Part shown: in pieces, positions 1-10,391 of the stretch | Layout of the letters: each line of letters begins with the position of its first letter | How positions within the stretch are numbered: position 1 is the first letter of the stretch | From: Burkholderiales bacterium | GTDB taxonomy: Bacteria > Pseudomonadota > Gammaproteobacteria > Burkholderiales > SG8-39 | Direction: 5' to 3' | Assembly: GCA_035308765.1 (NCBI GenBank) | Contig: DATGGA010000029.1 | Location: 30,437-94,436 of the forward strand | DNA length: 64,000 bases | Notes under the pieces: model-generated | What the model was told of the DNA's origin: nothing | Databases searched by the model: none | Seen by the model: only the letters and a program-made list of their open reading frames with translations | Made by a program: the position numbers and the translations under genes

Positions 1-1327
1 TGCCGGCAAGCCGCGAGGTGGCGTCGCCGCAGCCGACTACCGCGGGGATGCCGAGCTCGCGGGCGATGATCGCTGCGTGGCAGGTGCGGCCGCCGCGGTT
101 GGTGACGATCGCCGAGGCGAGTTTCATCACCGGCTCCCAGTTCGGGTCGGTCATGTCGGTCACCAGCACGTCGCCTTTCTTCACGCTGGCCATTTTCGAG
201 GCGTCTTTCACGATGCGCACCCGGCCGGCGCCGATTTTCTGTCCGATGGCGCGTCCGCTGGCGAGCAGCTTGCCCTGGCCCTTCAGCCGGTAGCGCTCTT
301 CGCTGCTGGTTCGCGCGCGAGCGCGCACCGTTTCCGGGCGAGCCTGCAGCACGTGGATGCTGCCATCGATGCCGTCCTTGCCCCACTCGATGTCCATGGG
401 GCACCCGTAATGCTTTTCGATCGCGCAGGCGGTGCGCGCCAGTTCCAGCACGTCGGCGTCCGACAGCGAGAAACGGTCGCGCATCGCCTGAGGCACGTCT
501 TCCGTACGCACCGACTTCCCGGCCGATTTCTGCTCCGAGAAGGCCATCTTCTGCAGTTTGGAGCCGAGGCGCCGCCGCAGGATCGCGGGCTTGCCCAGCT
601 CCAGCATCGGCTTGTGGACGTAGAATTCGTCCGGATTTACCGCGCCCTGCACCACCATTTCGCCCAGGCCCCAAGACGAAGTAATGAAGACGACGTCGCG
701 GAAACCCGACTCGGTGTCCAGCGTAAACATGACGCCGCTCGCCCCCTCGTCGCTGCGCACCATGCGCTGTACCGCGGCCGAAATGGCGACCTCGCCGTGC
801 GCGAAGCCATGATGGGCCCGGTACGAGATCGCCCGGTCGTTGTAGAGGGAGGCGAATACCCGCCGGATGGCGGCAAGGATGTTATCCGCGCCGCGGATAT
901 TGAGGAAGGTCTCCTGCTGGCCGGCAAAGGAGGCGTCCGGCAGATCCTCAGCCGTGGCAGAAGACCGCACCGCGAATGATGCTTCGCTGGAGGTTTCATC
1001 CACAAGTTTATGATAATAAGACTTAATATCATGTTCTATATTTGCAGGAAGCGGTTCTTTCTCGATCCAGGTCCTGATTTCGGCGCCGCAGGCAGCAAGA
1101 GCCTCGACATCCTTCAGGTCCAGGGTCTTCATGCGCTCCGCGATGCGGCGACCGAGCCCACCGGCCGAAAGGAAGGCTTCGAAGGCTCTGGCGGTGGTGG
1201 CGAAGCCCCCGGGCACCCGCACCCCGGCGGCGGACAGGCCGCCGATCATCTCGCCCAGCGAGGCATTCTTGCCCCCGACGCTGGGGAGATCCGCCATGCG
1301 GAGATCTTTGAGCCACGCGACGTACAT
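1..1327 (-). CDS. ppsA: Phosphoenolpyruvate synthase, 5' part; runs off the left edge of the window
   Basis: Manual translation from ATG at 1327: [61 protein letters not shown], phospho-His motif [20 protein letters not shown]. Absent from the ORF track because it has no stop in the window. Confidence 0.97.
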   Translation of the reverse strand, partial: MYVAWLKDLRMADLPSVGGKNASLGEMIGGLSAAGVRVPGGFATTARAFEAFLSAGGLGRRIAERMKTLDLKDVEALAACGAEIRTWIEKEPLPANIEHDIKSYYHKLVDETSSEASFAVRSSATAEDLPDASFAGQQETFLNIRGADNILAAIRRVFASLYNDRAISYRAHHGFAHGEVAISAAVQRMVRSDEGASGVMFTLDTESGFRDVVFITSSWGLGEMVVQGAVNPDEFYVHKPMLELGKPAILRRRLGSKLQKMAFSEQKSAGKSVRTEDVPQAMRDRFSLSDADVLELARTACAIEKHYGCPMDIEWGKDGIDGSIHVLQARPETVRARARTSSEERYRLKGQGKLLASGRAIGQKIGAGRVRIVKDASKMASVKKGDVLVTDMTDPNWEPVMKLASAIVTNRGGRTCHAAIIARELGIPAVVGCGDATSRLAG

Positions 1328-1347
1328 TTCCTTGGTATTTTATCTGC

Positions 1348-2172
1348 ATGCCGCAGCGCCGCACCGTGTTCTTCGTCTCCGATGGCACCGGCATCACCGC
1401 GCAGATGCTGGGGCACAGCCTGCTGACCCAGTTCGAGGGCGTCGAATTCAACCAGGTGACCCTGCCCTTCATCGACAGCGTCGACAAGGCCCGTGACTGT
1501 CTGCAGCGGATCGAGCGCGAATCGCAGCGCGGCGACGGCCAGCCGATCGTGTTCTCGACGCTGGTGAACGGCGACGTGCGCGAGGTGGTGCGGGGGGCCA
1601 ACGCGCTGTTCGTGGACTTCTTCGAGACCTTCATCGGCCCGCTGGAGGGCGGCCTGGGCGTCAAGTCGAGCCACACCATCGGCCGCTCGCACAGCGCGAC
1701 GGACAAGCAGGAATACAAGCAGCGCATAGAAGCGATCAATTTCTCCATGTCGCATGACGACGGCTCTTCGCACCGCGAGCTGGGCGAGGCCGACGTCATC
1801 CTGGTCGGGGTCTCGCGCAGCGGTAAGACGCCCACCAGCCTGTACCTGGCGCTGCAGTTCGGCGTCAAGGCCGCGAACTATCCGCTGATCCCGGAGGATT
1901 TCGACCGCAAGGCGTTGCCGGAGGCGCTTCATGCCTACAAGAAAAAGCTCTACGGCCTGACCATAGCGCCGGGGCGGCTGCACGAAATCCGGCGCGAACG
2001 GCGCCCGGGCAGCCAGTACGCCGATGCCGCCAACTGCCGCTACGAAATCGAGCAGGCGGAGCAGCTGATGCGGCGCGAAGGCATCCAGTGGATCAATTCC
2101 ACCTCGAAATCAATCGAGGAAATCGCCACCACTATCCTGCGCGAGCTCAGGCTCGAGCGGCACGTCTACTGA
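1348..2172 (+). CDS. ppsR: PEP synthase regulatory protein (kinase/pyrophosphorylase, DUF299)
   Basis: VFFVSDGTGITA, DDG, LVGVSRSGKTPTSLYLA and ANYPL motifs; divergent from ppsA. Confidence 0.95.
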   Translation: MPQRRTVFFVSDGTGITAQMLGHSLLTQFEGVEFNQVTLPFIDSVDKARDCLQRIERESQRGDGQPIVFSTLVNGDVREVVRGANALFVDFFETFIGPLEGGLGVKSSHTIGRSHSATDKQEYKQRIEAINFSMSHDDGSSHRELGEADVILVGVSRSGKTPTSLYLALQFGVKAANYPLIPEDFDRKALPEALHAYKKKLYGLTIAPGRLHEIRRERRPGSQYADAANCRYEIEQAEQLMRREGIQWINSTSKSIEEIATTILRELRLERHVY

Positions 2173-2920
2173 ACTCGTAGAAGCAGATCGCCGCCGCCGC
2201 CGCGACGTTCAGCGACTCGGCTGCTCCCGGCATTGGAACCGTCGCCTTTAGTTGCGCCCGCGCGGCCAGCGCCGCGCTCACACCCTGCCCTTCGGCGCCG
2301 AACAGCCAGCCGATCCTGCCGGACAGGTCGGCGTCCGCGAGCGGCGTGCCGCCGCGCGTGACCGTGCAGGCCACCTTGCCGCCGAAGCTTTCCATGGCTG
2401 CCGCCAAGTCGGCGTTCTCGAGGATCGCCATCGCGAAGTGCGCTCCCATTCCGGCCCGCAGCACCTTTGGCGACCAGGCATCCGCGCACCCTTGGCCAAG
2501 GGCCGCATGCAGAATGCCGAACGCCGCCGCGCTGCGGAGGATGGCGCCGACGTTTCCCGCGTCCTGGACGCCTTCGAGGAAAACACAATTGGCGGCGGTT
2601 TTGAGGTCCGGTTCTGCGCTTGGAAGAGAGATCTCCGCTGCAATTCCGGCGGGCGCATCCGTGTCGGCGATCGCCCGGAACACCTTGTCGGCGAGCACTA
2701 TGGGCGTCTTCCCGCACCGCTTTGCCAGGAGATTGAACCCAGCGGCCCGGCTCTTGCTCAGGATCAGCGCCTCGATCTTTCCGCCCGCGTCTACGAAAGC
2801 TTCGACCAGATGCTCACCCTCGATCAGCACGCGCTTTTCTTTGCGCCGTTCGCGCGCATCCCGCACCAGCGCCTGCCAGCGCCGCACGCGCGGGTTGTCG
2901 CGGGAGGAAAGAACGGTCAT
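2147..2920 (-). CDS. TrmH/SpoU-family RNA 2'-O-methyltransferase
   Basis: [12 protein letters not shown] start; [24 protein letters not shown] and [17 protein letters not shown] motifs. Start trimmed from the ORF-track call 2147..3196. Confidence 0.9.
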   Translation of the reverse strand: MTVLSSRDNPRVRRWQALVRDARERRKEKRVLIEGEHLVEAFVDAGGKIEALILSKSRAAGFNLLAKRCGKTPIVLADKVFRAIADTDAPAGIAAEISLPSAEPDLKTAANCVFLEGVQDAGNVGAILRSAAAFGILHAALGQGCADAWSPKVLRAGMGAHFAMAILENADLAAAMESFGGKVACTVTRGGTPLADADLSGRIGWLFGAEGQGVSAALAARAQLKATVPMPGAAESLNVAAAAAICFYEFSRRAARA

Positions 2921-3495
2921 CCCGCTTCCAGAATACGCCGCACCGGCGCGAAGCTGCGGCGATGGATTTCGCTCGGGCCGTGCCTCTCCAGCAGCGCCAG
3001 GTGCTCCGGGGTCGGGTAGCCCTTGTGGCGGTCGAAGCAGTATTGCGGGAAACGCTCGTGCATCAGGCGCATTTCCGCATCGCGCGCCGTCTTGGCAAGG
3101 ATCGAGGCCGCCGATATGACCGGGTGCAGCCGGTCTCCCTGCACGAAGGCGCGGGTACGGCAGGCAAGTTTCGGGCAGCGGTCGCCGTCGATCCAAGCTT
3201 CGTCCGGCCGGATCTTCAGCAGTTCCACCGCGCGCCGCATGGCGAGCATCGTGGCCTGCAGGATGTTGAGGCGGTCGATTTCCTCGACGGTCGCGTACGC
3301 GACGGCGAATGCAATTGAATTTTGCTGGATCAATTCCGCGTATTTATCCCGTTGCAATGCGGAAAGCAGTTTTGAATCCTTCAATCCCTCGATGGGTTTT
3401 GCCGGGTCCAGAACGACCGCTGCAGCGTAAACAGGTCCTGCAAGCGGTCCCCGTCCGGCCTCGTCAACACCACAAATGTTACGCGCGGCCGGCAT
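2917..3495 (-). CDS. rnhB: Ribonuclease HII
   Basis: [43 protein letters not shown]; follows lpxB. Confidence 0.96.
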   Translation of the reverse strand: MPAARNICGVDEAGRGPLAGPVYAAAVVLDPAKPIEGLKDSKLLSALQRDKYAELIQQNSIAFAVAYATVEEIDRLNILQATMLAMRRAVELLKIRPDEAWIDGDRCPKLACRTRAFVQGDRLHPVISAASILAKTARDAEMRLMHERFPQYCFDRHKGYPTPEHLALLERHGPSEIHRRSFAPVRRILEAG

Positions 3496-4639
3496 CCATC
3501 ACCGCCAGCACCGCGTCGGCCGCCTTCTGCGCGGTGTTCTGCCGCAGCAGCACGTGGATGTCGCGGAACTTCTCGATCTGCCTGCGTTGCGCGCCGGCAT
3601 CGTGCAGCAGCTCGAGCAGCGCGCCGGCGAGTGCGTCGGGCGTGGCCTTGTCCTGAAGGAGTTCCGGCACGAAATGTTCTCCCGCGACGATGTTCGGCAG
3701 GCCGATATAGGGGAGATAGCCCATCCTGCGCATCAGCACCGTGGTCAGCGGCGATTGGCGGTAGGTAATCACCATCGGCGTTTTGAAGAGCGCCGTCTCC
3801 AGCGTCGCCGTGCCGCTGGCGACCAGCGCGATGTCTGCCGCGGCCAGCGCCTCGTGCGAATGTCCGAACAGCAGCGTCAGCGGAAGGTCCCTCCCCTCGT
3901 TGCGGCGCAACGCGGCTTCGAACATGTCTCGCGTGGCGCGCGAGGCCGTGGGAACGATGAAATGGGCGTCCGGCCGGTCCTGCAGCAGCCGGCGTGCCGT
4001 CTTGACGAACAGATCGGCCATGTAATGCAATTCCGAATGCCGGCTTCCCGGAAGCAGCGCGAACAGCCGCCGCCCGGCGGGAATCCGCAATTCGACCCTC
4101 GCCTTGCCCCTGTCCGGTTCCATCGGAATCAGGTCGGCGAGCGGATGGCCGACATAGGTCACCGGCAAGCCCGTTTGTTCATACAGCGCCGCCTCGAATG
4201 GAAACAACGCCAGCAAATGGGTAACCGAACGGGCGATCCTGCGGATACGCCAGCCGCGCCAGGCCCAGATTGCCGGGCTGACGTAGTGGACGGCGGGGAT
4301 GCCGGCGTCCTTGAGCCTGCGTTCCAAAACGAGGTTGAAGTCGGACGCATCGACGCCTACAAAGACCGCCGGCCGTTCCGCAAGCATGCGCGCGGCGATC
4401 CGGCGCCGGATGCCCGAAATCTCCCGGTAGCGCCGCAGCACTTCCACGTAGCCGCGCACACCCAGTTTGTCCATCGGCGCCTGCGATTCGAAACCCTGTT
4501 CGGCCATCTTGAGGCCGCCGATGCCGGAAAAGCCCAGCCCGGGCCTGCGGTCCTTCAGGGCGGAGATCAGGTGCGCCGCGAGCAGGTCCCCCGAGGCTTC
4601 GGCGGCCACCATGCCGATGTGGGCCGCGCTGACCGGCAC
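3479..4639 (-). CDS. lpxB: Lipid-A-disaccharide synthase
   Basis: [45 protein letters not shown]; GTG start overlapping the lpxA stop (start inferred). Confidence 0.95.
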   Translation of the reverse strand: MPVSAAHIGMVAAEASGDLLAAHLISALKDRRPGLGFSGIGGLKMAEQGFESQAPMDKLGVRGYVEVLRRYREISGIRRRIAARMLAERPAVFVGVDASDFNLVLERRLKDAGIPAVHYVSPAIWAWRGWRIRRIARSVTHLLALFPFEAALYEQTGLPVTYVGHPLADLIPMEPDRGKARVELRIPAGRRLFALLPGSRHSELHYMADLFVKTARRLLQDRPDAHFIVPTASRATRDMFEAALRRNEGRDLPLTLLFGHSHEALAAADIALVASGTATLETALFKTPMVITYRQSPLTTVLMRRMGYLPYIGLPNIVAGEHFVPELLQDKATPDALAGALLELLHDAGAQRRQIEKFRDIHVLLRQNTAQKAADAVLAVMDAGRA

Positions 4640-5409
4640 TAGCGTATGAAGCCGCGCGTCGAGGTGTTCAGGAAATCGAGGAGTACGCGCACCTCGGCGC
4701 AGGACGCCGCCTGGGATTCGAGTTCGCGCTTCACCTCGTCCTGTCCGAGGCCGCTGCGGTAGATGGTCCGGTAGGCACGCTTGATCGCGTCTATGGTTTC
4801 GCCCGGCAGGCCGCGCCGCCTGAGTCCCACGGTATTGATGCCGTAGGGCTGCGCCCTGTCGCCCGACGCCCTGACATATGGCGGCAAATCCCGGTCGACG
4901 GCGGTACCCATGCCGGTGAAGCTGTGGATGCCGATGCGCACGAACTGGTGCACCAGCGTGACGCCGCCAAGGATCGCCCAGTCGCCGACCTGCACGTGGC
5001 CGGCAAGCGCCGTGGCGTTGGCGAAGATCGTGCTGCTGCCGACCAGGCAATCGTGAGCGATATGCACATAGGCCATGATCCAGTTGTCGTTGCCTATGCG
5101 TGTCACGCGCGCGTCGCCCATGGTGCCCCGGTTGATCGTCACGCACTCGCGGATGGTATTGCCGTCGCCGATTTCGACCGAAGTGTCTTCGCCGGCGTAT
5201 TTCTTGTCCTGCGGCATGCCGCCGATCGAGGAAAACTGCCAGATGCGGTTGTTGCGGCCGATCCGCGTGCGTCCCTCGATCACCACGTGCGGCCCGATCC
5301 AGCTGCCTTCCCCGACCTCGACCTGCGGCCCGATCAGCGAATACGCGCCGACGTCGACATTGGCCGCAAGCCTTGCGCCCGGTTCGACGATGGCGGTGGG
5401 ATGGATCAT
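4639..5409 (-). CDS. lpxA: UDP-N-acetylglucosamine acyltransferase
   Basis: [12 protein letters not shown], hexapeptide repeats, [20 protein letters not shown]. Confidence 0.96.
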   Translation of the reverse strand: MIHPTAIVEPGARLAANVDVGAYSLIGPQVEVGEGSWIGPHVVIEGRTRIGRNNRIWQFSSIGGMPQDKKYAGEDTSVEIGDGNTIRECVTINRGTMGDARVTRIGNDNWIMAYVHIAHDCLVGSSTIFANATALAGHVQVGDWAILGGVTLVHQFVRIGIHSFTGMGTAVDRDLPPYVRASGDRAQPYGINTVGLRRRGLPGETIDAIKRAYRTIYRSGLGQDEVKRELESQAASCAEVRVLLDFLNTSTRGFIR

Positions 5410-5864
5410 TTGCCCTCGACGCCGGCCTGGCGGACGGTGCACAGGATGTCGGCTTCCGCCGCCAGCAGCTCGCCGACGCGGGCGGTGCAGGAAAATTTCC
5501 AGATGCCGCGCTTGCTGCCGAGGAGCAGCACTTCGATCGCCAGCTGGTCGCCGGGCTCCACCACCCGCTTGAAGCGCGCGTTGTCGATGCCGGCGTAGTA
5601 GTAGACGGAGTTTTCGTCGGGCCGCTGCCCCATGGTGCGAAAGGCGAGAATCGCCGCCGCCTGCGCCATCGCCTCGAGGATCAGTACGCCGGGCATCACC
5701 GGCCGGCTCGGAAAGTGGCCCGGGAAGTGGGGCTCGTTCGCAGTCACGTTCTTCAGCGCCTTGATGCGCTTGCCGGGCTCGCACTCCAGCACCCGGTCGA
5801 TCATGAGGATCGGAAAGCGCTGCGGCAGGTATTCGAGTACCTGATGGATATCCATGTCAGCCAT
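5406..5864 (-). CDS. fabZ: 3-hydroxyacyl-ACP dehydratase
   Basis: [40 protein letters not shown]. Confidence 0.96.
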   Translation of the reverse strand: MADMDIHQVLEYLPQRFPILMIDRVLECEPGKRIKALKNVTANEPHFPGHFPSRPVMPGVLILEAMAQAAAILAFRTMGQRPDENSVYYYAGIDNARFKRVVEPGDQLAIEVLLLGSKRGIWKFSCTARVGELLAAEADILCTVRQAGVEGK

Positions 5865-6182
5865 TGCCCGTCTCCTTGTCTTTCAACCGCTTCTCGAGCG
5901 CGCGAACGCGGTCCAGGAGCTCCGCAAGGTGGCGCACGACCGCGGTGTTGCGCGCCCAGGATTCATTGTCGTCGGCAGGGAACATGCCGGTGAAGTGCGT
6001 TCCCCGAGTTTTGCGCCCGTTGTCGCGAGCCTGGGGCCGTGTTTCGGGCTGGAAAGAAAGGCGATCTGGCCGCTGCCCGCGCGCTCGATCGAGCCGACCT
6101 GGCGGATCAGGGTGCCCGGCTCGCCAGCGATCCGGCCGCCGAGCCGCGACACGATCTGCGCGAGCGTAAGCGGCCCCGGCAT
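5857..6182 (-). pseudogene. lpxD: lpxD remnant with a large internal deletion and frameshift (biological or assembly artefact)
   Basis: Canonical skp-lpxD-fabZ position. N-terminal LpxD-like segment (LTLAQIVSRLGG..VGSIERAGSGQIAFL) in one frame; C-terminal LpxD-like helix (THFTGMFPADDNESWARNTAVVRHLAELLDRVRALEKRL, stop at 5857) in another frame; 326 bp in total. Confidence 0.85.
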
Positions 6183-6183
6183 G

Positions 6184-6696
6184 TCATTTGGCTGGCGGCT
6201 TGGCCTCGAGCGCCTTGATCACCTTGTCGGTGATGTCGATGCGCGGGTTCGCATAGGCGGCGTCCTGGAAAATGATGTCGTATTTCTCGCTCTCCGCGAT
6301 CTGGCGGATGATGCGGTTCGCGCTTTCGATGACCTGCGACAGTTCTTCGTTGCGGCGCTGGTTCACGTCTTCGCGGTATTCGCGCTGCTTGCGCTGGAAT
6401 TCCCGGTTCAGGTCGTTGAACTCGCGCTCCTTGTTGCGGCGCTGCGATTCCTGCATCGTGACCCCGTCCTTCTCCAGCTCGTCCTGCATGCGCTTGAGCT
6501 GGTCGGCGACCTTGGCCAGCTCCGCTTCCCGCTTGGAGAATTCAGCTTCCAGCTTCTTTTGCGCGCGCAGCGCGGGGGCTGAATCGCGCACGATGCGCTC
6601 GATCTGGACGACGCCGATCTTGGCTTGGGCCACGGCCTGGGTTGCCGGAAACGCCATACAGAGGGCGGCGGCGGCAAGTAGGATTTTGCTTTGCAT
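6184..6696 (-). CDS. skp: Periplasmic chaperone Skp/OmpH
   Basis: Signal peptide, KIGVV, coiled-coil body, DIIFQDAAYANPRIDITDKVI; follows bamA. Confidence 0.93.
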   Translation of the reverse strand: MQSKILLAAAALCMAFPATQAVAQAKIGVVQIERIVRDSAPALRAQKKLEAEFSKREAELAKVADQLKRMQDELEKDGVTMQESQRRNKEREFNDLNREFQRKQREYREDVNQRRNEELSQVIESANRIIRQIAESEKYDIIFQDAAYANPRIDITDKVIKALEAKPPAK

Positions 6697-6723
6697 AGGT
6701 CGCGAAAATTTCCTGTCCGGAGG

Positions 6724-9027
6724 CTAGAAGGTAGTGCCAAAGTTCAATTGTAACCTCTCGATATGGTCAAACCCGCTCTTTGCGTTCAGGGGCTGCGCCA
6801 GAGAGACTTTCAGCGGACCGAAGGGCGAATTCCAGGAGATGCCTACGCCGGCCGAATAGCGCAACCCGCCGCCGGAGACGTTTCCCGCGATGTTCGGGCC
6901 TGGATCGTAAACCTGGCCGGCGTCCAAGAAGGTGCTCAAGCGCAGGCTCTTGTCTTTCTCGGCGCCCGGCACCGGGAAATAGAGCTCGGCGCTGCCGTAG
7001 GCGCTCTTGGTGCCGCCGAGCGAGTTGCCCTGCGCATCCTGGCTGCCCAGCGAGTAGGCCCGGTAGCCGCGCACCGATCCCGGGCCACCGGCATAGAACG
7101 TTTTGAAGAACGGTACCGGCTTGCCGCCGAGGCCGTTGATGTAGCCGACATTCTCCGTGAAGGACAACGTCATTGTCCGGCTCAAGGAGAAATAGTTCGT
7201 CTGGGAGGCGTTCAGGCGGTAATACTCGAGGTTCCCTCCCGCAACTTCCCCTCCTATGCGCGTGGTGTAGCCGCGCGTGGGCAGGATCGCGCTGTCGCGC
7301 CCGTCGCGCGCCCAACCGATATTGCCGGCCCCGTAGACGTAATGGTCGCCGAATTGGCTCTGGAAATTGAGGTACGCGGGCGCGCTGGTGGGAAACAGGC
7401 CCAGCGTCACGTCCTCGGCGTTGAGCCCGAAACTGACCGCATCGGTTTCGCTGAGGGGGTAGCCGAACTTCACCCCTCCGCCGTAGGTATTGGTCGTGTA
7501 GGGAGAGAGCGCGAGGTTGGATGCGTCCACTTTCCTGTTGTAGACGTCGAAGCCCTGGCTCACGCCGTCCACGGTGAGGTAAGGATTGAGGTATGAAAGG
7601 GAGATGTTTCTGTTCACCGAGCCCGTGTTCATGTTGAGGCCGACGTATTTTCCGCTGCCGAAGATGTTCGTCTGCGAGATGCCTGCCTGCAGCACCACCT
7701 TGTCGACCGTGGAGTATCCCGCGCCCAGCGTGATCGCGCCGGTCGGCTTCTCCTCGACCGTGAAATTGACGTCGACCTGGTCCGGGCTGTCGGCCACCGG
7801 CGCGGTCTCGACGTTCACGTCCTTGAAATACTGGGTGCGGTCGATGCGCGTCTTCGACAGCTGGATCTTGGAAGCGTCGTAGTAGGCGCCTTCGAGCTGC
7901 CGCATCTCGCGCCGGACGACCTCGTCGCGCGTCTTGGTGTTGCCGCCGACGTTGATGCGCCGCACGTACACGCGCCGGCCCGGATCGATAACGATGGTGA
8001 AGGCGACGGTGCGCTTTTCCTTGTCGATCTGCGGCACGGCGTTGGCGTTGGCGAAGGCGTAGCCGTCGTTGCCCAGCCGGTCGGTGATCGCCTTGGTGGA
8101 CTCGGTCAGGAGCTGGCGCGAAAACGTCGCGCCGGCCTTGACGCGTATCAGCTTCTCGAGCTGCTCGCGCGGTACCAGCATTTGCCCGTCCAGCCGCACC
8201 GCCGACACCGTGTACTTCTCGCCCTCGAAGATATTGATGGTGAGGTAGATGTCGCGCTTGTCGGGAGTGATGGAAACCTGGGTCGATTCGACGTTGAAGT
8301 CGAGATAGCCACGGTTCTGGTAGAAGGCCTTGAGCGTCTCCAGGTCGGCGGACAGCTTGGGCTTGGAGTACTGGTCGGCCTTGGTGTACCAGGTCAGCCA
8401 TCCGGGCGTGCGAAGCACGAGCTGGTCGAGCAGCTCTTTTTCGCTGAATACGCGGTCGCCGACGATGTTGATGGCGCGGATCTTCGCCACTGAACCCTCG
8501 TTCACCGTGATGGTGATGCCGACCCGGTTGCGTTCCAGCGGCGTCACCGTCGTCTGCACGTCGGCAGCGTAGAGGCCGCGTGACAGGTACTGGCGCTTCA
8601 ATTCCTGCTCGGCGCGGTCGAGCACCGAGCGGTCGAAGGTGCGGCCGTCGGCCAGTCCGACATCGCGCATGATCTTACGCAGGTTTTCGGTCTCGAATTC
8701 CTTCACGCCAACGAAGTCGATCTGCGCGATGGCCGGCCGCTCCTCGACGATGACCACCAGCACGTCGTTCTCGACCTCGAGCCTCACGTCTCGGAAGAAG
8801 CCGGTGGCGAACAGGGCGCGCACCGCCTGCTGCGCTTTTTCCTCGGTCAGGGTCTCGCCGACTTTCACGGGCAGGTAGCTGAACACCGTGCCGGGCTCGG
8901 TCCTCTGCAGTCCGTCGACCCGGATGTCCTTGATGACGAAAGCATGGAACGCCTGGCCGAAGGCGCCTGAGGCCAGCGTGAACAGCAATACGCCGGCAGC
9001 CACGACGAGGGAAGGAAAGCGCATCAC
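6724..9027 (-). CDS. bamA: Outer membrane protein assembly factor BamA
   Basis: FVIKDIRVDGLQR POTRA start, VRGY motif, SPFGPL, C-terminal Phe. Confidence 0.97.
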   Translation of the reverse strand: MMRFPSLVVAAGVLLFTLASGAFGQAFHAFVIKDIRVDGLQRTEPGTVFSYLPVKVGETLTEEKAQQAVRALFATGFFRDVRLEVENDVLVVIVEERPAIAQIDFVGVKEFETENLRKIMRDVGLADGRTFDRSVLDRAEQELKRQYLSRGLYAADVQTTVTPLERNRVGITITVNEGSVAKIRAINIVGDRVFSEKELLDQLVLRTPGWLTWYTKADQYSKPKLSADLETLKAFYQNRGYLDFNVESTQVSITPDKRDIYLTINIFEGEKYTVSAVRLDGQMLVPREQLEKLIRVKAGATFSRQLLTESTKAITDRLGNDGYAFANANAVPQIDKEKRTVAFTIVIDPGRRVYVRRINVGGNTKTRDEVVRREMRQLEGAYYDASKIQLSKTRIDRTQYFKDVNVETAPVADSPDQVDVNFTVEEKPTGAITLGAGYSTVDKVVLQAGISQTNIFGSGKYVGLNMNTGSVNRNISLSYLNPYLTVDGVSQGFDVYNRKVDASNLALSPYTTNTYGGGVKFGYPLSETDAVSFGLNAEDVTLGLFPTSAPAYLNFQSQFGDHYVYGAGNIGWARDGRDSAILPTRGYTTRIGGEVAGGNLEYYRLNASQTNYFSLSRTMTLSFTENVGYINGLGGKPVPFFKTFYAGGPGSVRGYRAYSLGSQDAQGNSLGGTKSAYGSAELYFPVPGAEKDKSLRLSTFLDAGQVYDPGPNIAGNVSGGGLRYSAGVGISWNSPFGPLKVSLAQPLNAKSGFDHIERLQLNFGTTF

Positions 9028-10391
9028 TATCCTGAGAACAGGCGATTCAGGTCGTTGTAAAAGGCGAAGGCCATGACGACGAGCAAGAGCGCCATGCCTA
9101 CGCGCTGTCCGAGTTCCATGGCACGCTCGGACACCGGGCTCCCCTTTATTATTTCCACTGAATAATACATTAAGTGCCCCCCATCAAGGAGCGGAATCGG
9201 CAGCAGATTCAGCACCCCCAGGCTGATGCTGATGAGCGCCAAGAATGTGGCATAGGCGAGCCATCCCAGCTGCGCCGACTGGCCGGCGTAGTCGGCGATG
9301 GTCACCGGTCCGGAGAGGTTCTTCCAGGACACTTCGCCCAGCAGCATCTTGCCGAGCATTTTCAGGCTGAAGATCGAAATGTCCCAGGTCTTGACGGCGG
9401 CCTTGCCGAGACTGTCGAGCGGGCCGTAGCTGACTCGTACGACAATGCGCTCCGATTCGGCCGTGGAAATGCTGGGCGCCGCGCCAATGCGGCCGATGCG
9501 CGTGCCGTTCTCGGTTATCGTGTCCGGCAGCACGTCTATGCTCAGGGTCGAGCCGCCGCGTTCCACCAGCAGCCGCAACACCGCGCCGGGGCTCTCGCGC
9601 ACCGCCTGCACCAATTGGTCCCAGGTAGCTATGTCCCTGCCCTCGGCCTGCGCGATGCGGTCTTCCGCCCGCAGGCCCGCACGTTCTGCGGCGCCACCCG
9701 CGATAACGCGCCCGATCACCGGCTGCAGCGGCGGCCGGTACAGCCGCAGCCCGATTTTCTCCATGGCGTCGCTTTCGACGTTCTCCGAGGGAAAATCCCG
9801 CAGATCGAGCACGTGCATCGCGATGGTGCCGCGGCTCTCCTCGACTTCGACGCGCAGGGCTTCGCGCTGCAGCGCGCCCTGCAGCACCCGCCAGCGCAGG
9901 TCCTGCCAGGTAGCGATCGCATCGCCTTCGATCGTGCGCACGGCATCCCCGGCGGCAAAGCCCGCCGTGTTCGCGAGCGTGCCCGCCGCCGGCGCGGCGA
10001 GGACCGGACGCGCCTCGGGAAGGCCGTGCATGTAGAGGCCGGCGTAGACCGCGATCGCGAACAGGAAATTGAACACGGGGCCGGCGATCACGATCAGGAA
10101 GCGGCGGCCGACGCTCTGCCGGTTGAACGCCCGATGCGTTTCCGCGGCATCGACAGGCGCTTCGCGCTCGTCCAGCATCTTGACGTAGCCGCCGAACGGG
10201 ATCATGGCGATGGTCCATTCGGTTGCGTCGCGGCCTAGCCGCCAGGTGGCGAGGGATCTGCCGAATCCCACCGAGAACCGCAGTACGCGCACGTTGCAGA
10301 GCCTCGCAGCGAGGTAGTGGCCATATTCGTGCACCACGATCAGCACGCCCAGCGCGACCAGGAACGACACCACGGTATGCAGCAGGTTCAT
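9027..10391 (-). CDS. rseP: RIP metalloprotease RseP
   Basis: HEYGH, two PDZ domains, [12 protein letters not shown]. Confidence 0.96.
   Translation of the reverse strand: MNLLHTVVSFLVALGVLIVVHEYGHYLAARLCNVRVLRFSVGFGRSLATWRLGRDATEWTIAMIPFGGYVKMLDEREAPVDAAETHRAFNRQSVGRRFLIVIAGPVFNFLFAIAVYAGLYMHGLPEARPVLAAPAAGTLANTAGFAAGDAVRTIEGDAIATWQDLRWRVLQGALQREALRVEVEESRGTIAMHVLDLRDFPSENVESDAMEKIGLRLYRPPLQPVIGRVIAGGAAERAGLRAEDRIAQAEGRDIATWDQLVQAVRESPGAVLRLLVERGGSTLSIDVLPDTITENGTRIGRIGAAPSISTAESERIVVRVSYGPLDSLGKAAVKTWDISIFSLKMLGKMLLGEVSWKNLSGPVTIADYAGQSAQLGWLAYATFLALISISLGVLNLLPIPLLDGGHLMYYSVEIIKGSPVSERAMELGQRVGMALLLVVMAFAFYNDLNRLFSG

Noticed and set aside
1006-1033. Canonical chromosomal dif site
   Set aside because: The XerC arm does not match (TTAA instead of ATAA, little else conserved) and the site is intragenic. 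It is retained only as an unexplained palindrome.
3479-5784. Apparent N-terminal extensions in the ORF track (lpxB to 5146, lpxA to 5784; also dxr, glnD, prmB, smc, scpA)
   Set aside because: The extensions overlap upstream genes in other frames; family-typical starts with 1-4 nt stop/start overlaps exist downstream.
5857-6182. Programmed frameshift producing a functional mini-LpxD
   Set aside because: Even with frame correction the product would be about 108 aa and would lack the catalytic left-handed beta-helix; no slippery site or stimulatory structure is evident.
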